Positions 48,519 to 61,105 of a DNA stretch of 64,000 nt are shown in pieces. Below the pieces are notes generated by a model. It searched no databases and was not told the DNA's origin. It worked only from the letters and a program-made list of their open reading frames with translations. Position 1 is the first letter of the stretch, and each line of letters begins with the position of its first letter. Both the position numbers and the translations under genes were made by a program. The stretch is from NCBI RefSeq assembly GCF_006345805.1, contig NC_043005.1, positions 97,898,001-97,962,000 on the forward strand. The letters are read 5' to 3'. The DNA comes from Octopus sinensis. Its lineage: Eukaryota.

Positions 48519-51500
48519 ATGCGAGTTTTTTCTTCTTTTCAGGTACATGACGGCACTGCTCCCCGTCCCTGGGCCTCTCGGGTCAATTCCTTCCACCCCC
48601 TCAGGGTGGGCACCCTCAACGCTGGCACACTGAAAGGTAGGTCTGGCGAGATAGTCGAGATGCTTGAACGGAGACGTGTTGACGTATGTTGTATGCAAGA
48701 AATAAGGTGGAGAGGAGGATCTGCTAGGTTCCTCACAGGCAAGGAACACAGGTACAAGATTTTCTGGGCAGGGAACACTGACGGGGTTGGTGGCGTGGTA
48801 TACTTATCGCTGAGAAATGGATAGATAGAGTAATTGAGGTAATCAGAGTAAGTGACAGAATACTTAAGATTAGAATAGTGCTTCATCATAGATTAGCAAC
48901 CATTATATCGGCCTATGCCCCTCAGCCAGGGCTACCCGATGGACAGAAAGACAGTTTCTATGACACCCTACTGCAGACCACCTCATTGACGAACGACAGG
49001 GACCTTCTCTTTCTGTGGCTGGTGATTTCAATGGGCATGTTGGACGACATGCTGGGGGCTTCCATGGCGTGCATGGAGGCTACGGTTATGGTTCCCGCAA
49101 CGAGGAGGGAACCAGGCTGCTGGAGTTCTGCGATGCGAATAGTCTTATGATCTGCAACACTAACTTCAGGAAACCACAAGCCACCTGGTCACCTACCGAT
49201 CGGGCCGGCATGCTAGCCAAATCGACTACATCCTCGCCAGAAAAAGGGAAAGATGGCTGCTTATAAATGCCAAAACCTTCCCGGGCGAAGAATGCACCCC
49301 ACAACATAGATTGGTAGTTAGTGACTTTAGGATCAGGACTAAGAGGGCGACTAGAAGACGACCAACATGGAGAAGAAGGGTCTGGAAGCTTAAAGACCCT
49401 GCGAATGGACAGAGATTTAGAGATATGTTACTTGAAGCCTTTGACGAAGTGAAAGGGGGTATAGCTACACATGGGGTAGAAGACAACTGGACGTTTCTGA
49501 GGGACAACCTGCTGAAAGCCGCTGACCAGATCTGTGGCTGGTGCAAAGTCCCCTTAAGACCCAAAATAACATGGTGGTGGAACAATATTGTTGATAGGGC
49601 TATTAGACAAAAGAAACAGGCTTGGAAGGCCTGGAAGAACGGTGGTAGCAGGGAAGTGTATCAGACTGCCAGAAGGGAAGCTAGGAGACAGGTCTATCTA
49701 GCCAGAGGGGAAGCAGATAAAAGAAAATTTGCCAATGTCCTGCGCCGTGAGGATGAAAGACTTGAGGTATTTCGTGTTGCAAGACAGTGTGTGAGAGAGA
49801 ATCGAGATGTGGTAGGAGAGAAATGTGTTCGCATGGAGGATGGTTCACTTGCGTTAAATGAGGATGCAAAGAGAGAAGCTTGGAGACGCCACTATGAAAG
49901 GTTGCTGAATGAGGAAAATGAATGGGATAAAGAGAGTCTGCCGAATGTTGACCCAACAGAGGGACCAGCTATCCGAGTTGATAGTTCCGTGGTAGCTAAG
50001 GCAATTAGAAGCATGAAGACAGGGAAAGCCCCAGGCCCATCAGGAATTACTGCAGAGATGCTCAAAATATCTGGTAGTGTCGGCTATAGCATAGTCACCC
50101 GTATAGTTAACCAGGTGATACACGAAGGAGTCATACCCAATGACTGGTGTAGCAGCATAATAGTCAACTGCTACAAAGGTAAAGGCGATGCCCTAGATAC
50201 AAATAACTACAGGGGCATCAAGCTGTTGGATCAGGTAATGAAGGTTACGGAGAGGGTTATAGCCCAGTTAATTAGAGAGAGAGTTAGCTTAGATGATATG
50301 CAGTTTGGGTTCGTGCCAGGAAAAAGTACTACTGATGCTATATTCCTGGTAAGACAGCTGCAGGAGAAATACCTAGCCAAAGGTAAGCCCTTGTACCTGG
50401 CTTTTGTTGACTTAGAGAAAGCCTTTGACAGGGTCCCCCGATCCCTTATCTGGTGGTCAATGAGGAAACTAGGGATAGATGAATGGTTAGTGAGAGCTGT
50501 GCGAGCCATGTACAGAGACGCAGCTAGTAAGGTGAGGGTTGGCAACGAGTACAGTGAAGATTCCGGGTAGAGGTTGGGGTCCACCAAGGTTCAGTCCTCA
50601 GCCCCCTCCTATTTATCATAGTCCTCCAGGCAATAACGGAAGAATTTAAGACAGGATGCCCCTGGGAGCTCCTATATGCTGATGACCTTGCTCTAATTGC
50701 TGAGTCACTATCAGAACTGGAGGAGAAGTTTCAGGTGTGGAAACAAGGATTAGAATCGAAGGGCCTTAGAATCAACCTAGCCAAAACCAAAGTCCTAATA
50801 AGTAGGAAGGTGGACCAACCACAAACGACTTCAGGTAGATGGCCCTGCTCGATCTGTAAAAAAGGTGTAGGTAGAAACTCTATAAGGTGCACCAGTGTAA
50901 GCTATGGACACATAAGAGGTGCAGCAATGTCAAAGGAAGGCTAACTAAGAAAATAGTTTTTGTCTGTGGCAGATGCTCAGGAGAAATAAACACTGGAAAT
51001 GTGCAGAGTCCAACTTCTACCACGTTCCAGGGAGACAAACTAGAAGTAGTTGATAGCTTCCGCTACCTAGGAGACCAAGTCAGTAGCGGGGGTGGGTGTG
51101 CTGAAAGTGTAACTGCTAGAGTAAGAATAGCCTGGGCAAAGTTTAGAGAGCTCTTACCCCTGCTGGTGACAAAAGGTCTCTCGCTAAGAGTAAAAGGCAG
51201 ACTATATGATGCGTGTGTACGTACAGCCATGCTACATGGTAGTGAAACATGGGCCGTGACAGCTGAGGATATGCGTAAGCTTGCAAGAAATGAAGCCAGT
51301 ATGCTCCGATGGATGTGTAATGTCAGTGTTCATAATCGTCAGAGTGTAAGTACTTTGAGAGAAAAGTTGAACCTAAGAAGTGTCAGTTGTGGTGTGCAAG
51401 AGAGACGGCTGCGCTGGTATGGTCATGTGACGAGAATGGCTGAAGATAGTTGTGTGCAAAAGTGCTACAACCTAGCAGTTGAGGGAACCTGTGGAAGAGG

Positions 51501-51627
51501 TAGACCCAGGAAAACCTGGGACGAGGTGGTGAAGCACGACCTTCGAACTTTAGGTCTCACCAAGGAAATGACTGAAGACCGAGTCCTATGGAAGTGTGCT
51601 GTGCATGAGAGGACCCGGCAGGACTAG
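48519..51627 (+). pseudogene. RTE-clade LINE ORF (APE endonuclease, RT, PHD-type insert); about five frameshifts, no stops seen
   Basis: APE: GTLNAGTL, CMQEIRW, SAYAP, GDFNGHVG, QHRLVVSD. RT: GKAPGPSGI, NYRGIKLL, QFGFVPGKST, FVDLEKAFD, HQGSVLSP, YADD, FRYLG. Confidence 0.97.
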
Positions 51628-54186
51628 TCACGCCATATCCCGTGGCCCCTACCTGGGACGTAGTCGATCCACCTGTGCATACCTTCCTTCTTGTGACACT
51701 TGTGAAGACCTGCTGAGGCAAGTGAAAATCAATCAAAATAGATGAACATCAATGGAATTTGTATCTTTGTGGTACCAGTGCCTGTGGCACACAAGAAAAC
51801 CATCCGAACGTGGCCGTAGCCAGTACCGCATCGACTGGCCTCCGTGCTGTGGGAACATGGTGGCACATAAAAACACCATCCGAAGACCCGGCAAGACTAG
51901 TCAGGTCATAACCCGTGGGCCCTACCTGGGACGTAGTCAGTCCACCTGTACATACCTTCCGACTTGTGAAGACCTGCTGAGGCAAGTGAAAATCAAATCA
52001 AATCAAAACAAATCAAAATAGATGAACATCAATGGAATTTGTATCCTTGTGGTACCAGTGCCAGTGGTACACAAGAATCCATCCGAACATGGCCGTAGTC
52101 AGTACCGCTTGTGGTACCAGTGCCGGTGGCACACAAGAATCCATCCGAACGTGGCCGTAGTCAGTACCGCTTGTGGTACCAGTGCCGGTGGCACACAAGA
52201 ATCCATCCGAACGTGGCCGTAGTCAGTACCGCATCACTGGCCATCGTGCTGTGGGCACATAACAAACACCATCCGGTCGTGGCCGTTCGCCAGCCTCATC
52301 TAGCACCTGTGTCGGTGGCACATAAAACACCTTCCGAAGACCCGGCAAGACTAGTCAGGCCATAAACCATGGCCCCTACCTGGGACGTAGTCAGTCCACC
52401 TGTGCATACCTTCCTCCTTGTGATACTTGTGAAGGCCTGTTGAGGCAAGTGAAAATCAAAGGCCTTTGAGGCAAGTGAAAATCAAATCAAAATCAAAATC
52501 AAATCAAAACAATCAAAATAGATGAACATCAATGGAATTTGTATCTTTGTGGTACCAGTGCCGGTGGCACACAAGAGAAAACCATCCGAAAGTGGCCGTA
52601 GCCAGTACCGCATCGACTGGCCTCCGTTGTGGGCACATGACAAACACCATCCGATCGTGGCCGTTCGCCAGCCTCATCTAGCACCTGTGTCGGTGGCACA
52701 TAAAAACACCATCCGAAGACCCGGCAAGACTAGTCGGCCATAACCCATGGCCCCTACCTGGGACGTAGTCAGTCCACCTGTGCATACCTTCCTTCTTGTG
52801 ACACTTGTGAAGACCTGTTGAGGCAAGTGAAAATCAAATCAAAACAAATCAAAATAGATGAACATCAATGGAATCTGTATCTTTGTGGTACCAGTGCCGG
52901 TGGCACACACTTTGTGGTACCAGTGCCGGTGGCACACATGAGAACCATCCAGTGCCGGTGGCACACACTTTGTGGTACCAGTGCTGGTGGCACACATGAG
53001 AACCATCCGAACGTGGCCGTAGCCAGTTCCGCATCGACCGCCCTCCGTGCTGTGGGCACGTAACAAACACCATCCGATCATGGCCGTTCGCCAGCCTCAT
53101 CTGGCACCTGTGTCGGTGGCACATAAAACACCTTCCGAAGACCCGGCAAGACTAGTCAGTCCACCTGTGCATACTTCCTTCCTTCTTGTGACACTTGTGA
53201 AGACCGGTTGAGGCAAGTGAAAATCAAATCAAATCAAATCAAAATAGACAAAATAGATGAACATCAATGGAATTTGTATCTTGTGGTACCAGTGCCTGTG
53301 GCACACAAAAATCCATCAGTGCCGTAGTCAGTGCGGTGGGCACATGACAAACACCATCCGATCGTGGCCGTTCGCCAGCCTCATCTAGCACCTGTGTCGG
53401 TGGCACATAAAAACACCATCCGAAGACCCGGCAAGACTAGTCAGGCCATAACCCATGGCCCCTACCTGGGACGTAGTCAGTCCACCTGTGCATACCTTCC
53501 TTCTTGTGACACTTGTGAAGACCTGTTGAGGCAAGTGAAAATCAAATCAAATCAAATCAAAACAAATCAAAATAGATGAACATCAATGGAATTTGTATCT
53601 TTGTGGTACCAGTGCCGGTGGCACGTGGCATATAAGAACCATCCGAACGTGGCCGTAGCCAGTACCGCATCGACTGGCCTCCGTGCTGTGGCACGTAACA
53701 AGCACCATCCGATCGTGGCCGTTTGCCAGCCTCATCTGGCACCTGTGTCGGTGGCACATAAAAACACCATCCGAGCGTGGCCGTCTGCCAGCCTCGTCTG
53801 GCACCTGTGTCGGTGGCACATAAAAACACCATCCGAGCGTGGCCGTCTGCCAGCCTCGTCTGGCACCTGTGTCGGTGGCACATAAAAAACACCATCCGAG
53901 CGTGGCCGTCTGCCAGCCTCGTCTGGCACCTGTGTCGGTGGCACATAAAAAACACCATCCGAGCGTGGCCGTTTGTCAGCCTCGTCTGGCACCTGTGTCG
54001 GTGGCACATAAAATCACCCACTACACTCTCGGAGTGGTTGGCGTTAGGAAGGGCATCCAGCTGTAGAAACACTGCCAGATCTGACTGGACTGGTGCAGCT
54101 TTCGGGCTCCCCAGACCCCAGTTGAACCGTCCAACCCATGCTAGCATGGAAAGCGGACGTTAAATGATGATGATGATGATGATGAT
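48543..54186 (+). mobile_element. near full-length RTE LINE with an expanded 3' UTR and (GAT)n tail
   Basis: ORF as above, UTR array 51610-54010, terminus 54010-54186. The 5' boundary is not defined. Confidence 0.95.
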
Positions 54187-54254
54187 ATATATATTTATAT
54201 ATACATATATATATTTACAAATGTGTTTGTGTGGGGGTGGGGGTATCTGTATGT

Positions 54255-54430
54255 CTTTGTGTTTTATTTGTTCCCTATCACCGCTTGACAACTGGTGTTA
54301 GTTTGTTTATGTTCCCTTAACTTGGCAGTTTGGCAAAAAGAAACCAATAGATACCTGGGTTGATTTGTTCAACTAAAACCGTTCAAGGTGGTGCCCCAAC
54401 ATGACTGCAGACCAATGACGGAAACAAGGG
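54255..54430 (+). mobile_element. SINE type B, 3' half
   Basis: tcaccgcttgacaactggtgtt...ggtggtgccccaacatgactgcag. Confidence 0.75.
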
Positions 54431-54590
54431 AAATATAAAGCACATTAAACAATATCTCTGTCAGTAAATAGATCATGATTAAGACATTGAGTTATTGGTG
54501 AGTAGAGAATGTGACTGATGATAAGCTAATGTGCAATATTAGCTCCTATTTGCTTAGTATAATCTGTCATATTTGTTTTGCTTTCTCTCC

Positions 54591-54677
54591 AGCCTGGGGA
54601 GAGGTCGTCTCTGTGGAAGGCATTACAGAGCCACAAAACGTTGGCTGCAAGTCACTGGCTTCAACCATATATTTTCC
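54591..54677 (+). CDS. candidate exon, unidentified (all three frames open)
   Basis: Strong acceptor tttgttttgctttctctccag| and a possible |gtaact donor. Confidence 0.2.
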
Positions 54678-54734
54678 CAGTAACTCATTTACTGTCATTT
54701 TCAATAGGATGGGATATACATCTAAGCTTGATTG

Positions 54735-55132
54735 GTGTGTGTGTGTGTATGTGTGTTTGTGTGTGGGGGGGGGGGCGTGTGTGAGTGAGTGATGTGTGTG
54801 TGTGTGTGTGAGTGAGTGAGTCTGTGAGTGAGTGAGTCTGTGAGTGAATGAGTGGGTGAGTCTGTGAGTGAGTGAGTGAGTCTGTGTGTGTTTGTGTGTG
54901 TGTGTGTGAGTAAGTGCATGAGTGAGTGAGTGAATGAGTGAGTGAGTGTGTGTGCATGTGAGCGTGTGTGTGTGTGTGTGAGTGAGTGAGTCTGTGAGTG
55001 AGTGAGTGTATGTGTGAGTGTGTGTGTGTGTGTGTGTTTTTGTGTGTGTGTATGTGTGTGTGTGTGTGAGTGAGTGAGTAAGTGCATGAGTGAGTGAGTG
55101 AGTGAATGAGTGAGTGAGTGTGTGTGCTTGTG

Positions 55133-55167
<35 letters not shown>

Positions 55168-55220
55168 GTGAGTGAATGAATGACTGAGTGAGTGCGTGTT
55201 TGTGAGTGAGTGTGTGTACC
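54735..55220. repeat. (GT)n/(GAGT)n microsatellite
   Basis: Direct reading of the sequence. Confidence 0.96.
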
Positions 55221-55479
55221 TAAACTATTAAATACACGAAATGAACACATGTAACGCAGATAAATGATAAAGGAAATGTAATTGAATGTAGAGTTTTGAT
55301 GTATTTGCAATTGACTTCAGAAGCTTTTGATCGTTCCTTTGTTTAGATTGCATTCAACACCAGAGTAAAATCTGTTTCTCTATTATCAGTGTGTGGGATA
55401 ATTTGACCAGTTTGAAAGGGTTGTGTGGGCTTTTGATTATTCACCAACAGTATAACGTTTTTCTTTTATCCTTTATTTG

Positions 55480-55688
55480 GCACCATGGGAAATGCACCTG
55501 TGCAGGTGCCTCGTGAAAAGCACTGGTGCAAGTGTCGCATGAAAGGAACCCAGTGCATTCTGTAAAGTGGTTGGTGTTAGAAAGGGCATCCAGCCATTGA
55601 AACCATGACAAAACAGCCTTTTGTTTTGCCAGCTCCTGTCGAATCATGGAAAACAGACATCAAATGATGATGATGATGATGATGATGA
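55480..55688 (+). mobile_element. RTE 3'-terminal fragment
   Basis: gtggttggtgttagaaagggcatccag and (gat)n. Confidence 0.8.
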
Positions 55689-56437
55689 AAGGGCTACATC
55701 CATGACCCTTTATAAAACCTCTGTGATTGATGTGATGGAGTAGGGAAGAAGGCATCCTTATACCAAATGCCTCTCTGGATGCTTGCAACAGAGTGGACCC
55801 CACTGAAGGAACCCATATGGTGCCAGGTGATTCAGTGACTTACAATCAAGTAAGACATGGTAGGATTTGAACTCATCACACAGGACATCTCATGCTTTAA
55901 TACTTCCACCATTCCACTACTCTGGGTAGGTCCTTTTTTTTTTTTTACTTGATCCTAAAATGATGAAAGGCAAAGTTGACTATGTCAGGATTTGAACTCA
56001 GAAAGCAGAGGGTTAGAACAACTGAACAAATATTGTAAGACATTCAATCCAGCACGTTAATGAAAGGAAGGAGGGTTGGAACTTATTGGGTTTCTTCTTC
56101 TGAGAATCAGGGACATTTAAGGGAAATAAGAATGGACCTATGAATAATGAAGGACCTCTATATGGGCAATCAATCTGCAAGAAATAACAGCCTAATTTCC
56201 ATTAACTAACACCCTATTGAATGAAAATAAGAAAATAAGAGCACTTTTTGATGCAGAAGCACATTGTGCTTCTTGATCCAGGGTGTCTGGAGAATATAGA
56301 GGAGATGGTCATGGCTGGGATGCTTTTGATTATAGAACTGCAATTATGGTTTTTTGATTGTTAGGGCATGGGTTCAATTCCCAGGTTAGGCAGTGCATTG
56401 TATCTGTGAGCAAAGCTTGTCACTTCATGTTGCCTCT

Positions 56438-56864
56438 TGTGAAGTCCCCGCACTGGATGGGTGCAGCTCGCATCCTTTACATTAAAATATTAATCGAAGG
56501 AAAGAGTCAAGACTTCCGATTAACTTCAACAGCATAAATATTTATTTCTTGACTTGCAATGTATACATTCTTCTTTCTGGGTGAATCGGCAGCCTAGGAG
56601 CTTTTTGCAGTAGTCAAGTGGAGTGAGCCAAATCCTGTCCGTTCAAGCATAGCGGAGATACACCATGAGGTAGCAGCTTGAGAGAGCTGATAAAACATGA
56701 CTGTCCTGTTCAGCTGCCGGCGTTCGAGAGAATGATACGAGGGAATTTCGCTGCTGCTACTTTTCTGTGCATGCACATGCACATGAGGGAACTTACGGCA
56801 GGCCTCCCAAAAGAATCCAACTCTGCGCATGCATGCTGGAGATTTCCAAGATGGCATCACTACA
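56438..56864. mobile_element. solo LTR, 427 bp
   Basis: TGT...ACA termini; exact 5-bp TSD CCTCT (56433-56437, 56865-56869); interrupts a SINE-like sequence. Confidence 0.85.
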
Positions 56865-57189
56865 CCTCTATATAATCAACTTAAAATAAGTACCAGTGGC
56901 ACCTGGGGGTAACCCTGTGATAGACAGGTGTCCTGTTCAAAGAGGTGTCTTTACTCTCAGTACAAGCACCTTGAAAATCCAGGTAGGCTCCAGCCTCATG
57001 GGGCTGAATGCTTGAAACAGATAAACTGGAAATAGTATAGCTAATGAGTATAGAACAGTGGAGGCCTTTTAGTATCAAATAAAGATCATTAAAGGATATT
57101 TGACAAAGTAATCTATCTTAGAATCTTCCAACATAGGTTGATTAGTTGCAATAAAACTAAATATGAAGGATAGAAGACATTACCTTTTA

Positions 57190-57979
57190 CTGCCAGAAAA
57201 ATGGCTGTGCTTCAAAAGAAGTCAGTGGAAATTTCATATGGTATAGCCAAAGTAAAGTATGGATGTATAAGAGATGCAGTAAAGTTACAGACAGGCTAGA
57301 CTTTGTATGCAGCTGATTTACAGAGGCAATAAGCACTAAGAACACAAGAAATGGATCCTTTCTAATACCTGGAAGTTTCCCTAGAAGTAGCTGATAGCTT
57401 CTGATATCTAGGTGACCCAATTTGCCAAGTGACAAGTAATCCAAAAATAGAGCCTCCATGTATGCCATGGAAGCCCCCTGCATGTTGTCCAACATGCCCA
57501 TTGAAGTTGCCAGGCACAAAGAGCAGGTCCCTGTCATTCATCAACGAGGTAGTCTGCAAGAGGGTGTCATAATATCGGTCTTTCTGTTCATCAGGTAGCC
57601 CTGGCTGAAGGGCATAGGCTGAGATAATGGTTGCTAACCCATGTTTCAGCACTAATCTAATCATAAGTATTCTATCACAGACTCTGTCTACTTCGATTAC
57701 CCTTTCTCCACAAGAAGTATACACATGCCTCCGAGTCAGTCAGTGTTCCCTGCCCAGAAAATCTTATACCTATGTTCTTTGCCTGTGAGGAACCTAGCAG
57801 AACTTGCTCTCCACCTTGCTTCTTAGATGCAGCACAATTCTATACATCTCCGTTCAAGCATCTCAACAATCTCACCAAACCTACCTTTCAGTGTTCCAGC
57901 ATTGAGTGTGCCAACCCTGAGGGTGTGGGAGGTGTGGGCCTGTGGGACTTTGGCACGGGGGACAGCAGCGTCATGTACC
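57190..57979. mobile_element. rearranged RTE remnant (minus-strand APE joined to a plus-strand post-RT piece)
   Basis: Minus 57979-57430: GTLNAGTLKGRFGEIVEML...SAYALQPG...GNFNGHVG. Plus 57240-57430: KVWMYKRCSKV...FVC. Confidence 0.8.
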
Positions 57980-58004
57980 ATACACACACACACACGCACA
58001 CACA

Positions 58005-58038
<34 letters not shown>

Positions 58039-58094
58039 CATACATATATACATATACATACATACATACATACATACATACATACTTACATGCA

Positions 58095-58126
<32 letters not shown>

Positions 58127-58146
58127 CATACATACATACATACATA

Positions 58147-59415
58147 CAAGGTTGGACAACATAATGGAAATACCTTAAAATTTCAAACAAATTATTTTAA
58201 TATGGGGTAGGACTGCCTTTGGTGGGAATTACAGCTTGGATTCTATGAGGTATGGACTCGTACAAAGTTTGAATTGTTCCCAAAGGAATTTTTGTCCATT
58301 CATCAGCTAAAACAGTCTCCAATTCTTGCATTGATGATGCTGGAGAATATCGACTCCTTACTTGTTTTCCTAAAATGCACCATAAATGTTCAATAATATT
58401 GAGATCTGGGGACTTGCTGGCCAGATAAGATGTTCAACTTCACTAGAATGTTCCTCGTGCCATTCAGTAGCAACTCTAGCAGTGTGAATTGATGCATTAT
58501 CATCCTGAAAGACTGCGTTTCTCTCCAGAAACAGTTCCGCAACCGTAGAATGAATTTGATCTGATAAAATGCATAATTAGTCTTGACTGTCAATTCTGCC
58601 ATGAAAGGAAACCATTAGGCCAGCAGATTTCCAAGATATAGCCTCCCAGATCATCACAGATCCTCCTCCATGTTTAACAGTTGGAAGAAGGCAGTCAGGG
58701 TCAAATGCTTCTATTGGCTATCTCCATACGTATACTTGGCCGGTGGTTGGAAATAAAGTAAAGGATGACTCGTCTGAGAAAATAGCATTCTTCCACTGCT
58801 CTAGAGACCAATTCTGTGGGTTTTCTACTCCACTCTAAACGCTTTGCAATGTTTGCTTTTGAAAGTAGTGGTTTTCTGATTGCAGTCCTCCTGTGAAATC
58901 CTGTTTTGTGCAGCTCTCGGCAAACAGTTTTTTGTGGAAACTGGGTTCTCAAGGTCATTTAGCTCTACAGTAATTTGGGGAGCTGTACTTTAGTGATCCT
59001 TTCTAACAATTTGTGTAAGAGTCCGATGGTCCCTATCTGAAAGTTTTAGTTTTCTTCTGGAGTTTTGTTTCGATGAGGAGATTTTTCCCTCTTTCTCAAA
59101 GGCTGTCATTACTTTCGAGACAGTACTTCTTGATACACCAAACATTTTAGCTGTTTTCGTTACGCTAGTGCCTGCCATACAGGCACCAACAATTTGACCT
59201 CTTTAAAAGTCCGATAGATCTGTAATTTTAATGAATTTTAATTACCTTTTTCTGATGATATCTGAAAAGAAACTGCAATTTTAGCAAAACATATTAAGCA
59301 ACACTAATAATAAATCAAAAATCATAAAAATAAACAAGTTTTTGATGGTTTTATAGATATTTCAAAATTATGATGCTATGATGCTAGGTGTTTCCATTAT
59401 TTTGTCCAGCCCCTG
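58147..59415 (-). mobile_element. full-length decayed Tc1 element (DD34E)
   Basis: TIRs caaggttggacaacataatggaaatacc and caggggctggacaaaataatggaaacacc; TA flanks; FSDES, FQDDNASIH, SPDLNIIEHLW. Confidence 0.95.
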
Positions 59416-59778
59416 TATATAGATGGGGATCTGCATGCATGAATACATGCAAAGTTTAGCATTCTACAGCTTTGTTTTACACCACTCAAGCAAAATGCTG
59501 ACATGGTGCTTACAGCCCATGTTGACATTGTGACTTGATGCTCTGTGCTTTTGAAGACCTGTGCGATAATTAAAAAAGATCTTTTAATTGAAAATCAAGT
59601 TAGTTTTCTTGATGACAGGAAAAGCATCCAGAAGCAAAATCCTACATCAAATAAGTTCCTGCCCAACCCATACTGGCAAGACAAAACAGAACAAAAAAAA
59701 AACAAACAAAAACAACAAACTCTAAGAGGTAGTATTTATCCTCACTTAAAAGTACATATTCTGTTGGAACAAATTATG

Positions 59779-60250
59779 TTTCTTTATTAGCCACACAGGG
59801 CTGAACACAGATGGGACAAATTACAAAGTAGAGCTTTTCTTTTTGGGGAGACAAAAAAATGTAGAGTAGGTTTTCGATCAAAAGGGATCGTAAAAAGGAA
59901 AGAAAAAAACGATCAATAGGGATCGTGTATCACAGAAATGTCATGGTGTAAAGTGTAAAGGGGGAAGCAGATAAGGTTTATCCATGGAAAGAAAAGCCCA
60001 CGGAAAAGACCACGGTAACCTCAGTCAATAATGTCACATGTTAACACATTTATTTGCAAGTAAGTAACTCTTTGTTTTAAATTTTTCTGGGTTCATAGGA
60101 TTATGCTCAAGGTGGCTTCGTCATTCCTACGTGCCATCCTTGCTACATTCAACCATCTTATTTTGAAACATTCGCTAGACAAAACTTGCCTCTCTACTCT
60201 CACTTTCCTTTTCAAGTGATACTTGAAGAAGTTGGCAGTAGTTACCATGA
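59779..60250 (-). mobile_element. L1/Tx1-like LINE 3' end
   Basis: NFFKYHLKRKVRVERQVLSSECFKIRWLNVARMAR...L* followed by a UTR ending ccctgtgtggctaataaagaaa. The clade assignment is inferred from memory of similar C-termini. Confidence 0.6.
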
Positions 60251-61062
60251 GAGAAACTCTCATATTGGCTTCTGGTACAAAATGCACTCTTGTTCTTATC
60301 ACTACCACCTTCAGCACTGAGACTAAAAGATCAAACGATTTTGAGCTTCCTTGATCTCACCTATTCTGGCTCTGTTTTTCTATGTATTGCTGGTGGGGAG
60401 ATGAGTCACAACTATCTCTACATTTGAGCATTCATCATTGATGAAACTAAGGAAGGTCGAAATCACAGGATCTGGTGGTCTCAGCACTGGAGATGGCTGG
60501 GTTTCATATCTGAACAAGTGATATAAACAAGTGTGCATTTTGCATCAGAAGCCAATAAGAGGGTTTCTCTCATAGTAACTACCACAGTATAGCTTGTTCT
60601 AACAGAACATCCACATTTAAGTGGGGATAAATATTACCTCACAACATTAATACTGCCTCTGTTGCTAATATATATTTTAAACAGACCCTAAATGAATGAA
60701 CAAACAAACATTCTATGGGAGACTAAAATTGTCATAAATAATGAACCTAATCGTAACCAGACAAACAAAAATGACCAGCGTCCTCTTCTATTCATTGTCC
60801 TAAGTGGAAATATTTTTTCCAGATAGTTGACAGAAATCTCTTTCAGATATATCATGTAGTTGCTGACCATTAAATAATGCCATAAATTTATCCACATCTA
60901 CTTTTGACCCATCATGTCAAGACCATTATATTAGAATTTTGTTCATATGGCAATTCTTTCTGTAGTAACAATAGAGAAATCATTGATGAGGGTGTACATA
61001 CTTTTACATACCAGCAATGTATGGCATACGTGGACACAATGATTTATGTCTTTTTCTTTCTT

Positions 61063-61105
<43 letters not shown>

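Noticed and set aside
51622-54010. Regularly spaced repeats that might suggest a CRISPR array
   Set aside because: Eukaryotic context, units of 60-450 bp without unique spacers, no cas genes; part of a LINE 3' UTR.
56895-57010. ggggtaaccctgtgatagac... resembling a V-domain SINE fragment
   Set aside because: Short and degenerate; cannot be assigned by eye.
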